Source: an uncultured Gemmatimonadales bacterium
GTDB taxonomy: Bacteria; Gemmatimonadota; Gemmatimonadetes; Gemmatimonadales; GWC2-71-9
Reading direction: 5' to 3'
NCBI GenBank assembly: GCA_963730185.1
Contig: CAVSQW010000013.1
Span: 151,245-215,244 of the forward strand
DNA length: 64,000 bases
Shown here one piece after another: positions 31,374-43,033 of the stretch. Below the pieces are notes generated by a model. That model did not search any database. It was not told the origin of the DNA and saw only the letters and a program-made list of their open reading frames with translations. The translations under genes and the position numbers were made by a program. Each line of letters opens with the position of its first letter. Positions within the stretch are counted from its first letter, which is position 1.

Positions 31374-31801
31374 GCCTCCGGATGTCGGTGGCCCTCCTCG
31401 CCGTCGCGGGGGTCTTCGTATCGGCCTACCTGTACCTCTACAAGATCGGCGCGATTGGCGTGATGGTATGCGGCACCGGCGCGTGTGAGACGGTTCAGCT
31501 CTCCCCCCAGAGTCGATTTCTCGGCGTCGAGGTGTCACTGATCGGACTGGGGGGGTATGCCGCGCTCCTGGTGTTGGCGCTGGCGTCGCTCCAGCCCCGG
31601 TTCGCGGGGCGGAGCCGCCCGCTCGTACTGCTCCTGGCGCTGAGCGGGGCGGCGGTGCTCTTCAGCGGCTACCTCACCTACCTCGAGCTCTTCGTGATCC
31701 ACGCCATCTGTCGCTGGTGCGTCGGCTCGGCGGTGATCGTCGCGCTCCTCTTCCTGCTGGTGGCGGCCGATTACCGGCGGGCGGGGCCGTCGGCGGCATG
31801 A
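31370..31801 (+). CDS. Vitamin K epoxide reductase (VKOR) family protein
   Basis: C..GACETVQLS loop Cys pair and ICRWC active site. Confidence 0.9.
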   Translation: MSLRMSVALLAVAGVFVSAYLYLYKIGAIGVMVCGTGACETVQLSPQSRFLGVEVSLIGLGGYAALLVLALASLQPRFAGRSRPLVLLLALSGAAVLFSGYLTYLELFVIHAICRWCVGSAVIVALLFLLVAADYRRAGPSAA

Positions 31802-33732
31802 GCCTCCCGGAAGGCCAACCAGGACCCGTCCGGCCGGAGCCCACGGGCCGGCGGCTCGCCGGCCTCTCCCTGGCCGCGCTGGGCGTGGTCTTCGGCGACA
31901 TCGGGACCAGTCCCCTCTACGCCATCAAGGAGTGCTTCGACGGGACCCACTCCGTCCGGCTCACTCCCGACAACATCATCGGGGTGTTGTCGCTGATTTT
32001 CTGGAGCCTGAACTTCCTGATCTCGTTCAAATACCTCTGGCAGATGATGCGGGCCGACAACCGGGGCGAGGGCGGGATCCTGGCGCTGCTGGCCCTGGTC
32101 AAGCCGGGCGAGATCAAGAGCATGGGCAAGTGGATCCTGATCTCGATCGGGATCTTCGGCGCCACGATGCTCTACGGCGATGGGATCATCACCCCCGCCA
32201 TCTCGGTTCTGGGTGCGATGGACGGCCTCGGCGTGGCGACCCCGGCCCTCCAGCCTCACGTGATCTGGATGAGCATGGCGATCATCGTCGCGCTCTTCGC
32301 GATGCAGAGCCGGGGCACCAGCGCGGTGGGCGCGATCTTCGGCCCGGTGACGGCGATCTGGTTCGCGGCCATCGCGGCGCTCGGCATCCACGGCATCCTG
32401 ATGGAGCCGAGCGTGCTCCGAGCCGTGAACCCGGTCTACGCTTTCGAGTTTTTCCTGCGGGAAGGCAAGCACGGCTTTCTGGTGCTGGCCGCGGTGGTGC
32501 TGGTGGTGACGGGCGGCGAGGCGCTCTACGCCGACATGGGTCACTTCGGCAAGCGCCCGATCCGGCTCGCCTGGCTGGCGATCGTGCTGCCGGCCCTGGT
32601 CCTCAACTACTTCGGCCAGGGGGCGCTCCTCCTCTCCCGGCCGGGCGCGATCTCCAACCCGTTCTACGAGTTGGTCCCTCGCTGGGCTCTGTACCCGATG
32701 GTGGGAATCGCGACGGCGGCGGCCATCACGGCCTCGCAGGCGCTGATTTCGGGGGCGTTCTCGCTCACCCAGCAGGCCCTCCAGCTCGGCTACGTGCCCC
32801 GCCTCAAGATCGTTCACACCTCGGAGTCGGCGGTCGGGCAGATCTACATGCCGGGTGTCAACTGGACCTTGATGATTGCCTGTCTGCTCCTGGTCGCGGC
32901 GTTCCGAACACCCGGCAACCTGGCCGGGGCCTACGGCGTCGCCGTCACCATCACCATGGCCACGACCACGGTGCTCTTCTCGGTCGTGGCCCGGGACCGG
33001 TTCGGGTGGGGCCTCCTGAAGGTGGTGCTCTTCGGCGGAATGCTGCTCTCGGTGGACCTGGCCTTCATGTCGGCGAACCTGACCAAGATCCCGCATGGCG
33101 GCTGGCTCCCGCTCATCATCGGCGGGGTGATCTTCGTGCTGATGACCACGTGGCGACGGGGCCGCCAGATCGTGCACGACCAGCTCCACGGGAACGCCCT
33201 CCCGATCGAGATGCTGATCCAGGACATCGACCGGAAGGGCCTGACCCGGGTGCCGGGCACCGCGGTGTTCATGACCTCGGACCTCTCCGGCGCGCCGCCG
33301 GTGCTCCTCCACCACCTCAAACACAACAAGGTGTTGCACGAGCGGGTGATCCTGATGTCGATCGTGAACCAGCTGGTGCCCCAGATCGACCGGGACGATC
33401 GACTGGCGGTGGAGGAGCTCGGCTCCGGCTTCTACACGGTCGAGGCCCAGTACGGCTTCATGGAGACCCCCGACGTACCCACCCTGATGGGGCGGCTGAC
33501 CGAGTTTGGGCTCGCGCCCAAGCTCACCGAGACGAGCTTCTACCTGGGCCGGGAGACGCTCATTCCGGTCAAGCGGCGGGGCCTGAGCCTGTCCGAGCGG
33601 CTCCGGCGTCGGATGCCGATGTGGCGGAAGCGGATCTTCGTGCTGATGGCGAACAACGCCCGGCCGGCCACGGCGTTCTTCAATCTGCCCCCGAACCGGG
33701 TGGTGGAGATGGGGGCGCAGATCCAGATATGA
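31798..33732 (+). CDS. kup: KUP/HAK/KT potassium transporter
   Basis: GVVFGDIGTSPLYA, ADNRGEGGILAL, GGEALYADMGHFG. Confidence 0.96.
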   Translation: MSLPEGQPGPVRPEPTGRRLAGLSLAALGVVFGDIGTSPLYAIKECFDGTHSVRLTPDNIIGVLSLIFWSLNFLISFKYLWQMMRADNRGEGGILALLALVKPGEIKSMGKWILISIGIFGATMLYGDGIITPAISVLGAMDGLGVATPALQPHVIWMSMAIIVALFAMQSRGTSAVGAIFGPVTAIWFAAIAALGIHGILMEPSVLRAVNPVYAFEFFLREGKHGFLVLAAVVLVVTGGEALYADMGHFGKRPIRLAWLAIVLPALVLNYFGQGALLLSRPGAISNPFYELVPRWALYPMVGIATAAAITASQALISGAFSLTQQALQLGYVPRLKIVHTSESAVGQIYMPGVNWTLMIACLLLVAAFRTPGNLAGAYGVAVTITMATTTVLFSVVARDRFGWGLLKVVLFGGMLLSVDLAFMSANLTKIPHGGWLPLIIGGVIFVLMTTWRRGRQIVHDQLHGNALPIEMLIQDIDRKGLTRVPGTAVFMTSDLSGAPPVLLHHLKHNKVLHERVILMSIVNQLVPQIDRDDRLAVEELGSGFYTVEAQYGFMETPDVPTLMGRLTEFGLAPKLTETSFYLGRETLIPVKRRGLSLSERLRRRMPMWRKRIFVLMANNARPATAFFNLPPNRVVEMGAQIQI

Positions 33733-33912
33733 CGTAGGGACTTGGGATTAGTGAGTGGTGACTGGGGAGGGAATAGGGATTGGTGAGTTGCGGCCTCCAC
33801 TCCCCACTCCCTCCCCACACTTCCCCTTCTCCCTCCCTACTCCCTCCCTACTCCCTCCCCAACTCACCAGTCCCTACTCCCTCCCCAGTCACTACTCCCA
33901 ACTCACAACTCC
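33733..33912. repeat. Heptamer repeat element between convergent kup and msrA
   Basis: G-rich arm after the kup stop; C-rich arm CCCTACTCCCTCCCTACTCCC...CACTACTCCCAACTCACAACTCC abutting the msrA stop. Confidence 0.85.
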
Positions 33913-34455
33913 CTATCCAATCATCTCGCGGTAACGCTCCCGGAGCTTGGCCATCTTCGGTCCGATCATGGCCGAGCAGTAGGCCTGGTTGGGGTTCCGG
34001 CGGTAGTAGTCCTGGTGATGCGCCTCGGCCGGAAAGAAGGTGGTGGCGGGCACGACCTCGGTCACGATCGGGCGGTCGAAGGCGTGGCTCGCCATCAGCT
34101 CGGCGATGACCTCGTCGGCCACCACCCGCTGGTCCTCGTCGTGGAAGAAGATGGCCGAGCGGTACTGGGTCCCGATGTCGGGCCCCTGACGGTTGAGGGT
34201 GGTGGGGTCGTGGAAGGCGAAGAAGAGCTCCACCAGAGTCCGGTAGGAGATCGTCTCCGGGTCGAAGTGGACCTCGATGGCCTCGGCGTGGCCGGTCGTG
34301 CCGGCGCAGACCTGTTCGTAGCTCGGGTGCCGGACCGAGCCGCCCACGTACCCCGACACCACCCGGTTCACGCCTTTGAGACGCTGAAACACGGCCTCGA
34401 TGCACCAGAAGCAGCCGCCAGCCAGGGTGGCGACGCCGGTCTTGGATTCGTTCAC
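33913..34455 (-). CDS. msrA: Peptide-methionine (S)-S-oxide reductase
   Basis: GGCFWC, HDPTTLNRQGPDIGTQYRS, AEAHHQDYY. Confidence 0.97.
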   Translation of the reverse strand: MNESKTGVATLAGGCFWCIEAVFQRLKGVNRVVSGYVGGSVRHPSYEQVCAGTTGHAEAIEVHFDPETISYRTLVELFFAFHDPTTLNRQGPDIGTQYRSAIFFHDEDQRVVADEVIAELMASHAFDRPIVTEVVPATTFFPAEAHHQDYYRRNPNQAYCSAMIGPKMAKLRERYREMIG

Positions 34456-34513
34456 GATCTCACCTTGCGGGTTGTCCCGAGCGGTCGCGCGAACGCCCGA
34501 CCCCTCAGGCCTC

Positions 34514-36460
<1,947 letters not shown>

Positions 36461-36851
36461 GGCGGTGTTGGGGGAGACGGGTGAACGGACGGACGGGCGG
36501 TCTGCCCGGTCGGGGCGGCTCGTTCTGCCAACTATAGCGTCAGGTCGGCTCGACGGACAGACGGGCGCCCGCGCTTCCGGTCCCCGCATCCTCTGCCCGT
36601 TGAGCGGTCCCCCGGCTCTTCGTTGTTCCGTGCAGCTTCTTGCCGCCGTGTGCAGGAATGCGTTGTCAGGGCTTCGCTTGCATTCCCCGAGACTCGGAGC
36701 GGGATGCGGTGTCGCGCCGGTGCCATGCGCCTCGGTCAGGCCTCAGTAAGTCGTTTGCTTCGGTGTAGTTGGATCGTGGGCACGGCTGGCACTGGACTCG
36801 CGCCTCCCTTTGCCGCGACCGACACCCGGCGCGTGGGAACGCGCCACGTCC

Positions 36852-37187
36852 ATGACTCCGAAGGCGAAGCCGATGGCCACGACCGACGTCAACGAACGCC
36901 AGATCGAATCTCCGGAGGTGTTGGGACTGGAGGCGCGGGGCGCGTTCCGGGATGCGGCGGTGGAGCTGCTGGCCGAGCTCCCGGAGCAGTTCGGGCGGCT
37001 GATCGTCGACTTCACCGGAACCCGCCGGATCGACTCCGCCGGGCTCGGGGCGCTGATGCTGATCCAGCGGAAGGCGGCGGAGCGGAAGCAGGTCGTGGTC
37101 CTCCGACACCTCCGGGACGAGTTCCGGTTCCTGCTGGTGCTCACCAAGCTCGACGATCTCTTCGAGATCGACGGCCCCGCCCGCTAG
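36852..37187 (+). CDS. STAS domain protein (anti-sigma factor antagonist-like)
   Basis: IVDFTGTRRIDSAGLGAL, TKLDDLFEI; alternative start 36873. Confidence 0.88.
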   Translation: MTPKAKPMATTDVNERQIESPEVLGLEARGAFRDAAVELLAELPEQFGRLIVDFTGTRRIDSAGLGALMLIQRKAAERKQVVVLRHLRDEFRFLLVLTKLDDLFEIDGPAR

Positions 37188-37274
37188 TATATTCCCGCGG
37201 CCCGTGGGGCGGGGCCCGGCCGTGGCCGGGGCCCGCTCCAAGCATTTCCGACTTTCCCGAGAGACGTCGCCGAC

Positions 37275-37988
37275 GTGGCCTCGCATCCCAGCGCGCCGCT
37301 CGAGCTCGACCAGGTCCGTCGCCGCTTCGGCCGCCGCGAAGTGGTTGCCGGGGTGTCGTTGACCCTGGCCAAGGGCGAGGTCAGGCTCCTGGTCGGCCCC
37401 AACGGCTCCGGGAAGAGCACCTTGGCCCGGCTGGCCGCCGGCCTGCTCCGGCCCACGGGCGGGTCGGTGCGGGTCGAGGGGCGCGATCCCCGCGGAGACG
37501 GCGGTTCCCGCGGCACGATCGGGTTCGTGGGGCACCAGTCGCTCCTCTACGAGGATCTGACCCCCCGGGAGAACCTGGCGTTCGTGGCCCGCCTCTACGG
37601 GTTGGCCGATCGCGACGCCGGCGTCGAGGCAACGCTCGACCGGACCGGCGTGGGGCCCGAGCGGGCCACCCAGGTCCGCCGTCTCAGCCGGGGGATGGTA
37701 CAGCGGGTGGCCCTGGCCCGGGCCCTCCTCGCCCGGCCTACCCTGGTGATCTTGGACGAGCCGTTTACCGGGCTCGATTCGCCCAGCTCGGACCGGCTGG
37801 TCGGGATCCTGAATGCCCTCCGCGAGGACGGCGGGTCGATCCTGGTGATCAGCCACGACCTCGAGGGCATCTGGCGAGTGCCCGCCCAGGTCACGGTGCT
37901 CAAGGCCGGCGCGGTCCAGTTCGACGCCGACACCAGCCTGGCGCTGGACGAATTCCGCCACCGCTACGCCGAGGCGATCCTTGCGTGA
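37275..37988 (+). CDS. ccmA: Heme ABC exporter ATP-binding protein
   Basis: GPNGSGKST, LSRGM, LDEPFTGLD; ccm context. Confidence 0.88.
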   Translation: MASHPSAPLELDQVRRRFGRREVVAGVSLTLAKGEVRLLVGPNGSGKSTLARLAAGLLRPTGGSVRVEGRDPRGDGGSRGTIGFVGHQSLLYEDLTPRENLAFVARLYGLADRDAGVEATLDRTGVGPERATQVRRLSRGMVQRVALARALLARPTLVILDEPFTGLDSPSSDRLVGILNALREDGGSILVISHDLEGIWRVPAQVTVLKAGAVQFDADTSLALDEFRHRYAEAILA

Positions 37989-38661
37989 GCTTTGGCGGGT
38001 GGCCTTTGCGGTGCTGGCCAAGGACGCTCGGGTGGAGCTCCGGAGCAAGATCGGGTTCCAGGCGGCGTTGGTCTTCGCGGTGCTGGTGCTGGTGATCTTC
38101 AACTTCGCGCGCGATCCGGCCACGGTCACGACGGACGTCTTGGCCCCGAGCGTGCTCTGGGTCACCGTGACGTTCGCGGGGGTGATCGCCCTCAACCGGT
38201 CGTTCGCGCTCGAGATGGGGCATGGGGCCATCGACGGCCTCCTCCTGGCGCCGGTCTCCCGGAGCGCGCTCTTTCTCGGTAAGTACCTCGCCAATCTCCT
38301 CTTCGTGCTGCTGGTCGAGGCGCTGGTCCTGCCCCTGTTCGTGCTCTTCTTCAACGTGGCCCTCACACCCTCGCTGGTGGCCGTGGCCGGGCTGCTGACC
38401 CTGGCCACCATCGGTTTCGTCGCCATCGGCACGGTCCTGGCCGCGATGACGGTCAAGACCCGGTTCGCCGAGCTGATGCTGCCGGTGTTGACGCTGCCGT
38501 TCCTGGTGCCGCCGGTGCTGGTGGGGGTGCAGGCGACCGCCCGCTTGCTCGCGGGGCGGCCGATGAGTGAGATTGCCGGGTGGTTCCGCTTTCTGGTACT
38601 GTATGACGTGGTCTTCGTGGTGCTCACTCTGCTTCTCTTTCCGACGGTCGTCGACGAATGA
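37981..38661 (+). CDS. ccmB: Heme exporter protein B
   Basis: KDARVELRSK, LNRSFALE, LPVLTLP. Confidence 0.9.
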   Translation: MRELWRVAFAVLAKDARVELRSKIGFQAALVFAVLVLVIFNFARDPATVTTDVLAPSVLWVTVTFAGVIALNRSFALEMGHGAIDGLLLAPVSRSALFLGKYLANLLFVLLVEALVLPLFVLFFNVALTPSLVAVAGLLTLATIGFVAIGTVLAAMTVKTRFAELMLPVLTLPFLVPPVLVGVQATARLLAGRPMSEIAGWFRFLVLYDVVFVVLTLLLFPTVVDE

Positions 38662-39341
38662 GTGAATCCAGACCGGCCGACGGGGCGATCCGCTTCGGAC
38701 TCGGGATCAGCGTCCTCGGGATGATCCTCCTCGCGGTCGCCTACTTCATGGTCATCGATTACACCCCGACTGAGCGCTGGCAGGGGTTGGCCCAGAAGAT
38801 CTTCTACCTCCACGTGCCGGCCGCCTCGATGAGCCTCTTCGCGTTCGGCATGGTCGGCGTCGTGAGCGCCCTCTACCTCTGGCTCCGCGATCCCCGGCTC
38901 GATCTGTTCGCGGAGTCCTCGGCCGAGGTGGGCCTGGCCTTCGGGGCGGTGATGCTCACCACCGGTCCGATGTGGGCCAAGCCGATCTGGGGCACCTGGT
39001 GGCAGTGGGAGCCCCGCCTCACTCTGACGCTCCTCCTGGTGTTGCTCTTCCTGGGTTACCGGGCTCTCCGGAGCGCCATCGACGATCCGTCCGAGCGGGC
39101 GCGATACGCCGCGGTCGTGGGCATCATGGCGCTGGTGCTGGTGCCGTTCGTGCACCTGAGCGTGTACCTGTTCCGGACGATCCATCCCCAGCCGGTCATC
39201 TTCAAGCCGAGCAAGCCGTCGCTGCCGTGGGAGATGCTGCGGACCTTCCTGGTGTCGTTCGTGGCGTTCATCGTGTTGTACATCGGGTTCGTGACGACCC
39301 GCTACGGCCTGGCCCGCCGGTCCGCGGAGGAGGCCGCATGA
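38658..39341 (+). CDS. ccmC: Heme exporter / cytochrome c biogenesis protein C
   Basis: IFYLHVP, WAKPIWGTWWQWEPRLT tryptophan-rich motif, RTIHP. Confidence 0.93.
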   Translation: MSESRPADGAIRFGLGISVLGMILLAVAYFMVIDYTPTERWQGLAQKIFYLHVPAASMSLFAFGMVGVVSALYLWLRDPRLDLFAESSAEVGLAFGAVMLTTGPMWAKPIWGTWWQWEPRLTLTLLLVLLFLGYRALRSAIDDPSERARYAAVVGIMALVLVPFVHLSVYLFRTIHPQPVIFKPSKPSLPWEMLRTFLVSFVAFIVLYIGFVTTRYGLARRSAEEAA

Positions 39342-39463
39342 ACGAGCCTCCTCAGAACGGGGCCTACATGGTGGCCGCCTATGCCGTGGGAGCGGTCATT
39401 CTCCTGGCATATCTGGGGAGTCTCTGGGTGAGGAGTCGGAAGGACGGACGGAGAGGGACCTGA
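39338..39463 (+). CDS. ccmD: Heme exporter protein D-like
   Basis: 41 aa, YMVAAY + TM + basic tail, ATGA overlap with ccmC. Confidence 0.75.
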   Translation: MNEPPQNGAYMVAAYAVGAVILLAYLGSLWVRSRKDGRRGT

Positions 39464-39575
39464 CGGGTCCCAAGTCTGCGTGCGTTGGCGCGGCCTGCGG
39501 GTCGGCGACGATCCGGGCGGAGCGATGCGCGGAATCGGATGACGCCTCCGATGGCACCGGGCGGTGGCACCACGG

Positions 39576-40529
39576 TTAGGCCGGCGGCCGGGTGCCGATT
39601 TCCCGATGCAGCCACGCGAGCATGTCGGTAGTCGCGGCGGGTGTAAGCCCGTGGCCGGCTTCGTACCAGATCACCCGCTTGGGCTCACTCGCGGCCCGGT
39701 GAAGGGCGGCAGCGAGGCTCGGCGGCACCGTCTGGTCCTGACTCCCCGACTGCAGTAGCAGTGAGGCGGGCGCCGCTCGGCCGACGAAGCGGATCGGCTC
39801 GATCGGGCTCATCGCCGCGATCCACCGATTCCACGCGTCTCGCGGGACGCCGGGAACCGAGACCGCACTGCCGTCTGGCCCGGTGAAGTGCGAGACCAAC
39901 CCGCCATCAGCCACCTGGAGCACGTAGGTCCGGAGGCGTCGCTCTACCCCGGCGAACAGGGCGCCGGTCGCCCCGCCGTAGCTCCGGCCCACGTAGGCAA
40001 GCCGGGTCGGGTCGACGTCGGGCCGCGCCACGAGGACGTCGACCGCCCGCTGGAGCTCGACGATCAGCTGCACCTGGTACGCGCTGTCCGCGGGGGTGAA
40101 GGTGACGGGCGATGCCAGCCGGCGAGCCCAGGGTGCGTGGATCGCGATGGCCACCGCGCCGACCCGGGCGACGGCCATCGCGTTGGGCATCACGTTGGCG
40201 TCGAGCATGCCGATCAGCGTACTGTCGATCCGGCCGGGCGCACCGTGACCTACGACTACGCCCGCAAACGGTCCCGACCCCTCTGGCACGAAGAGGAGGC
40301 CGCTCACTCGGCCGCCCTTGGGACTCGCGAACCTGACGGCGTGGATCGCAATCCCATCTTCGGTCCGGAGGAGGGAGTCGGCCAGTTCGAGTGGCGCCGA
40401 GCGGTCGTACGCAAACGTGGCAATCGGGGCGGGCGCGACCTGGGCGGCGAGGGGCGTCACCAAGGTGAGAGCGGCCACGAGCGCCTCGACCGGCCGAATG
40501 GAAGCAGCGTGCCTGGCGGGCTGGGTCAT
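39576..40529 (-). CDS. Exported alpha/beta hydrolase
   Basis: GRSYGG nucleophile elbow, D(QTVP), AGH. Confidence 0.85.
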   Translation of the reverse strand: MTQPARHAASIRPVEALVAALTLVTPLAAQVAPAPIATFAYDRSAPLELADSLLRTEDGIAIHAVRFASPKGGRVSGLLFVPEGSGPFAGVVVGHGAPGRIDSTLIGMLDANVMPNAMAVARVGAVAIAIHAPWARRLASPVTFTPADSAYQVQLIVELQRAVDVLVARPDVDPTRLAYVGRSYGGATGALFAGVERRLRTYVLQVADGGLVSHFTGPDGSAVSVPGVPRDAWNRWIAAMSPIEPIRFVGRAAPASLLLQSGSQDQTVPPSLAAALHRAASEPKRVIWYEAGHGLTPAATTDMLAWLHREIGTRPPA

Positions 40530-40659
40530 GAGTTGCGAGACGTCGAGAGGCCCGCCCGGGTTTCAGGGAGTCGCCGCCCCCCCACCGCCCCGCTGGACAA
40601 CGGGTGCACCCTCGTGCCCAGACGGGCCGCTGGACTTCCCTTCGCCCGGGGCCGGTCCT

Positions 40660-42495
40660 CTACAGCGCCCGGGCCGGCGGCTCCCGCAGCAGGCCGAGGA
40701 GCGGCAGCGCGGCGCCGGCCAGCCCCGCTGCGACCAGGATGCCGGCCAGCCTGAGCACCAGGTCCCCGCGCCAGCCCGCGACTCCCACCACGCTGTCCGA
40801 CACCGCGCCCCAGAGCACGCTCAGGAAGAGGAAGAGCCCGAGCGCCACGCCTCCGAGTCCGGTGCCCAGCCCCCGGGCCAGGACGTAACCTGCGATCCGC
40901 CACCGTGGTGCCCCGACCGATCGGCGGAGGGCCAGCTCCCATGCGATCGAGCCCACCCAGAGGCGGAGCGAGGCGAACGCGCCGATCGCGGCCACGATCA
41001 GTGCCAGGCCGCCCGCGAGGGCATAACCCCGGCCGAACCACCAGAGCGGGGCGATCGCCAGCCGGCGGAGCGCAGCGGCCGGCGTGGCCGCCCCGACGGT
41101 GGCGCCGGCGCCGAGCGCCCCGGTCACCGCCGAGCGGACCGAGTCCTGCACCGGCGCGCCGTTCCCCGGGGTCACCACCAGCTCGGCCCGCACCGGGGGG
41201 TGCTGGAACACGCTCAGGTACACCGCCTCGAGCGGTTGCCGGGCACCGCCCAGCGCCGGCGACCGCCGGTCGTCGACGATCCCGATCACCCGGTATGGCT
41301 TGGTCAGGAATCCGTCGCTCAGGTAGAGCGGCCGGCCGATCGCCTCGCCTCGCTGGAAGTGCCTGGCGGCGAGGTAACGGTTCACGACCGCCACCCGCTC
41401 ACCGGCCCAGTCGTCGTCCGCGGTAAAGCCCCGACCCCGCTCGATCCGGAGCCCCTCGGCCGCGAAGGTGTCGGGGCTGACGAAACGGTGGGCCGCGCGG
41501 AGGTGGTGCCAGCGGAGCATGATCATGCCCGAGTAGCACTCGCCACAGTCGGTCGACATCTCGTCGATGGTGCCGAGGCCGGCCAGCTCGCCGGGGGCCG
41601 CCAGGCTCACCGAGTCGAAGCGGCCGCTCGCCGCGAGCCGGGTCAGGAGACGGCGGTAGCCGGCCGCCCGGGTGGCGGGGTCGTCGATGCCGGAGTCGAT
41701 CGAGAAGGCCAGACCGCCGGCGGCGGGGTCGGCGGCCGGCGTCAGGTCGGTGCCGGTTCGGTCGGCGAGGAGCGACCCCGCCATGAGGATCGCGAGGCTC
41801 AGTCCCAACTGGAGCGCCGCGAAGCGGAGCCGGACCTGGCCGTCGGGCTCGCGGGCCAGGTCGCGGGCGGCGGCGGTGCCGAGCGGGAGGAGCGAGCCCA
41901 GCACCACCAGCAGGGCCGTGAGACCGAGGGCCAGCCACGGGGCGAAGCCGAAGGAGGCTGGCCCGGGCCACCGGTCCACGGCCGCCCGCCCGATCACCCC
42001 GGCCGCCAGGAGGCCGAGGGCCGCGATCGCCGCCACCAGCAAACCGGACTCGAACACGAGCGAGGCGAAGAGCCCCCGACGCGACGCCCCGACCGAACGG
42101 TGGATCCGGATGTCCGGACCACGGGCCGCCGCCCGGATGGTGAACGTGGTGAGGAGCGACACCGCGGCCACCGCGAAGGTGACCCAGGCCAGGACCTCCA
42201 GGAGCTGGAAGAGGCTCTTCAGGGCCAGCGCCTGCGTGGCGCTTGCGCTCTGGACATCCGGGGTCCAGCGCACCGCGGCGGCCGGTGGCGGCGTGTTGGC
42301 CACGGTCAGCGTCGTCCCGTCCCGGCTCGCGGAGGCCAGGGAGCGGACCGGGACGGTGGCCGTCAACGCCACGGCGCCGAGCAGCACCACCAGCACGGCG
42401 GTGCCGCGGGTGGAGCGGAAGGCGTCGAGGGCCGGGGTCGCGACGGCGATGAGCCGCCGCCGGAGGGTCGAGACGTCGGAGCGGGGTGAGGGCAT
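40660..42495 (-). CDS. FtsX/MacB-like ABC permease (divergent)
   Basis: IHRSVGASR, ERGRGFTADD, ELALRRSVGA. Confidence 0.75.
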   Translation of the reverse strand: MPSPRSDVSTLRRRLIAVATPALDAFRSTRGTAVLVVLLGAVALTATVPVRSLASASRDGTTLTVANTPPPAAAVRWTPDVQSASATQALALKSLFQLLEVLAWVTFAVAAVSLLTTFTIRAAARGPDIRIHRSVGASRRGLFASLVFESGLLVAAIAALGLLAAGVIGRAAVDRWPGPASFGFAPWLALGLTALLVVLGSLLPLGTAAARDLAREPDGQVRLRFAALQLGLSLAILMAGSLLADRTGTDLTPAADPAAGGLAFSIDSGIDDPATRAAGYRRLLTRLAASGRFDSVSLAAPGELAGLGTIDEMSTDCGECYSGMIMLRWHHLRAAHRFVSPDTFAAEGLRIERGRGFTADDDWAGERVAVVNRYLAARHFQRGEAIGRPLYLSDGFLTKPYRVIGIVDDRRSPALGGARQPLEAVYLSVFQHPPVRAELVVTPGNGAPVQDSVRSAVTGALGAGATVGAATPAAALRRLAIAPLWWFGRGYALAGGLALIVAAIGAFASLRLWVGSIAWELALRRSVGAPRWRIAGYVLARGLGTGLGGVALGLFLFLSVLWGAVSDSVVGVAGWRGDLVLRLAGILVAAGLAGAALPLLGLLREPPARAL

Positions 42496-42649
42496 GGGAC
42501 TAATGTATGCGGCGGTTGCGGCGCCGGCGCCCCCGTCGAACGAAGCCGCCGCCCGCCGCCTCCCGGTTCCCGATGACGGCTTTTCCGTCCTTCCTGCGCA
42601 ACGTTGGCACCACTCGTCCCGTCTCTACCCCGTTTCACCGGAGGCCGTC

Positions 42650-43033
42650 ATGGCCGGCGCCCGTTCTGTTGTGCCTATTCTGGCCTTGCTCGGAGCCGCC
42701 TGCGGCGGGGGCGGAGGCGGCGCGCCCGCCGCTGCCCGGGCACCGACCCGGGCCGGCGACGTCTGGGAGATCGACCATCCGGACGACCGGGCCAACGCCG
42801 CGGGGGCGGCGCTGGCCTACGTCAACGGACTGCACGTCATGGTGGTGGACGGCAACCGGGCCTGGGCCGGGATGACCCGGCTCGACGCCGAGTCCGGGGC
42901 CGACGGCGCCCGGACGTTCCACCTGGATGGCGGTCTCACCGCCGACCTGGTCAAGGCGGGCGATGGCCTCGAGCTTCGCTTCTCCACCGGCGAGCGGGTG
43001 CCCCTCCGGAAGCGGGAGGGCTCGGCCCAATGA
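42650..43033 (+). CDS. Hypothetical lipoprotein
   Basis: GGAGG SD; LGAAC lipobox. Confidence 0.75.
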   Translation: MAGARSVVPILALLGAACGGGGGGAPAAARAPTRAGDVWEIDHPDDRANAAGAALAYVNGLHVMVVDGNRAWAGMTRLDAESGADGARTFHLDGGLTADLVKAGDGLELRFSTGERVPLRKREGSAQ

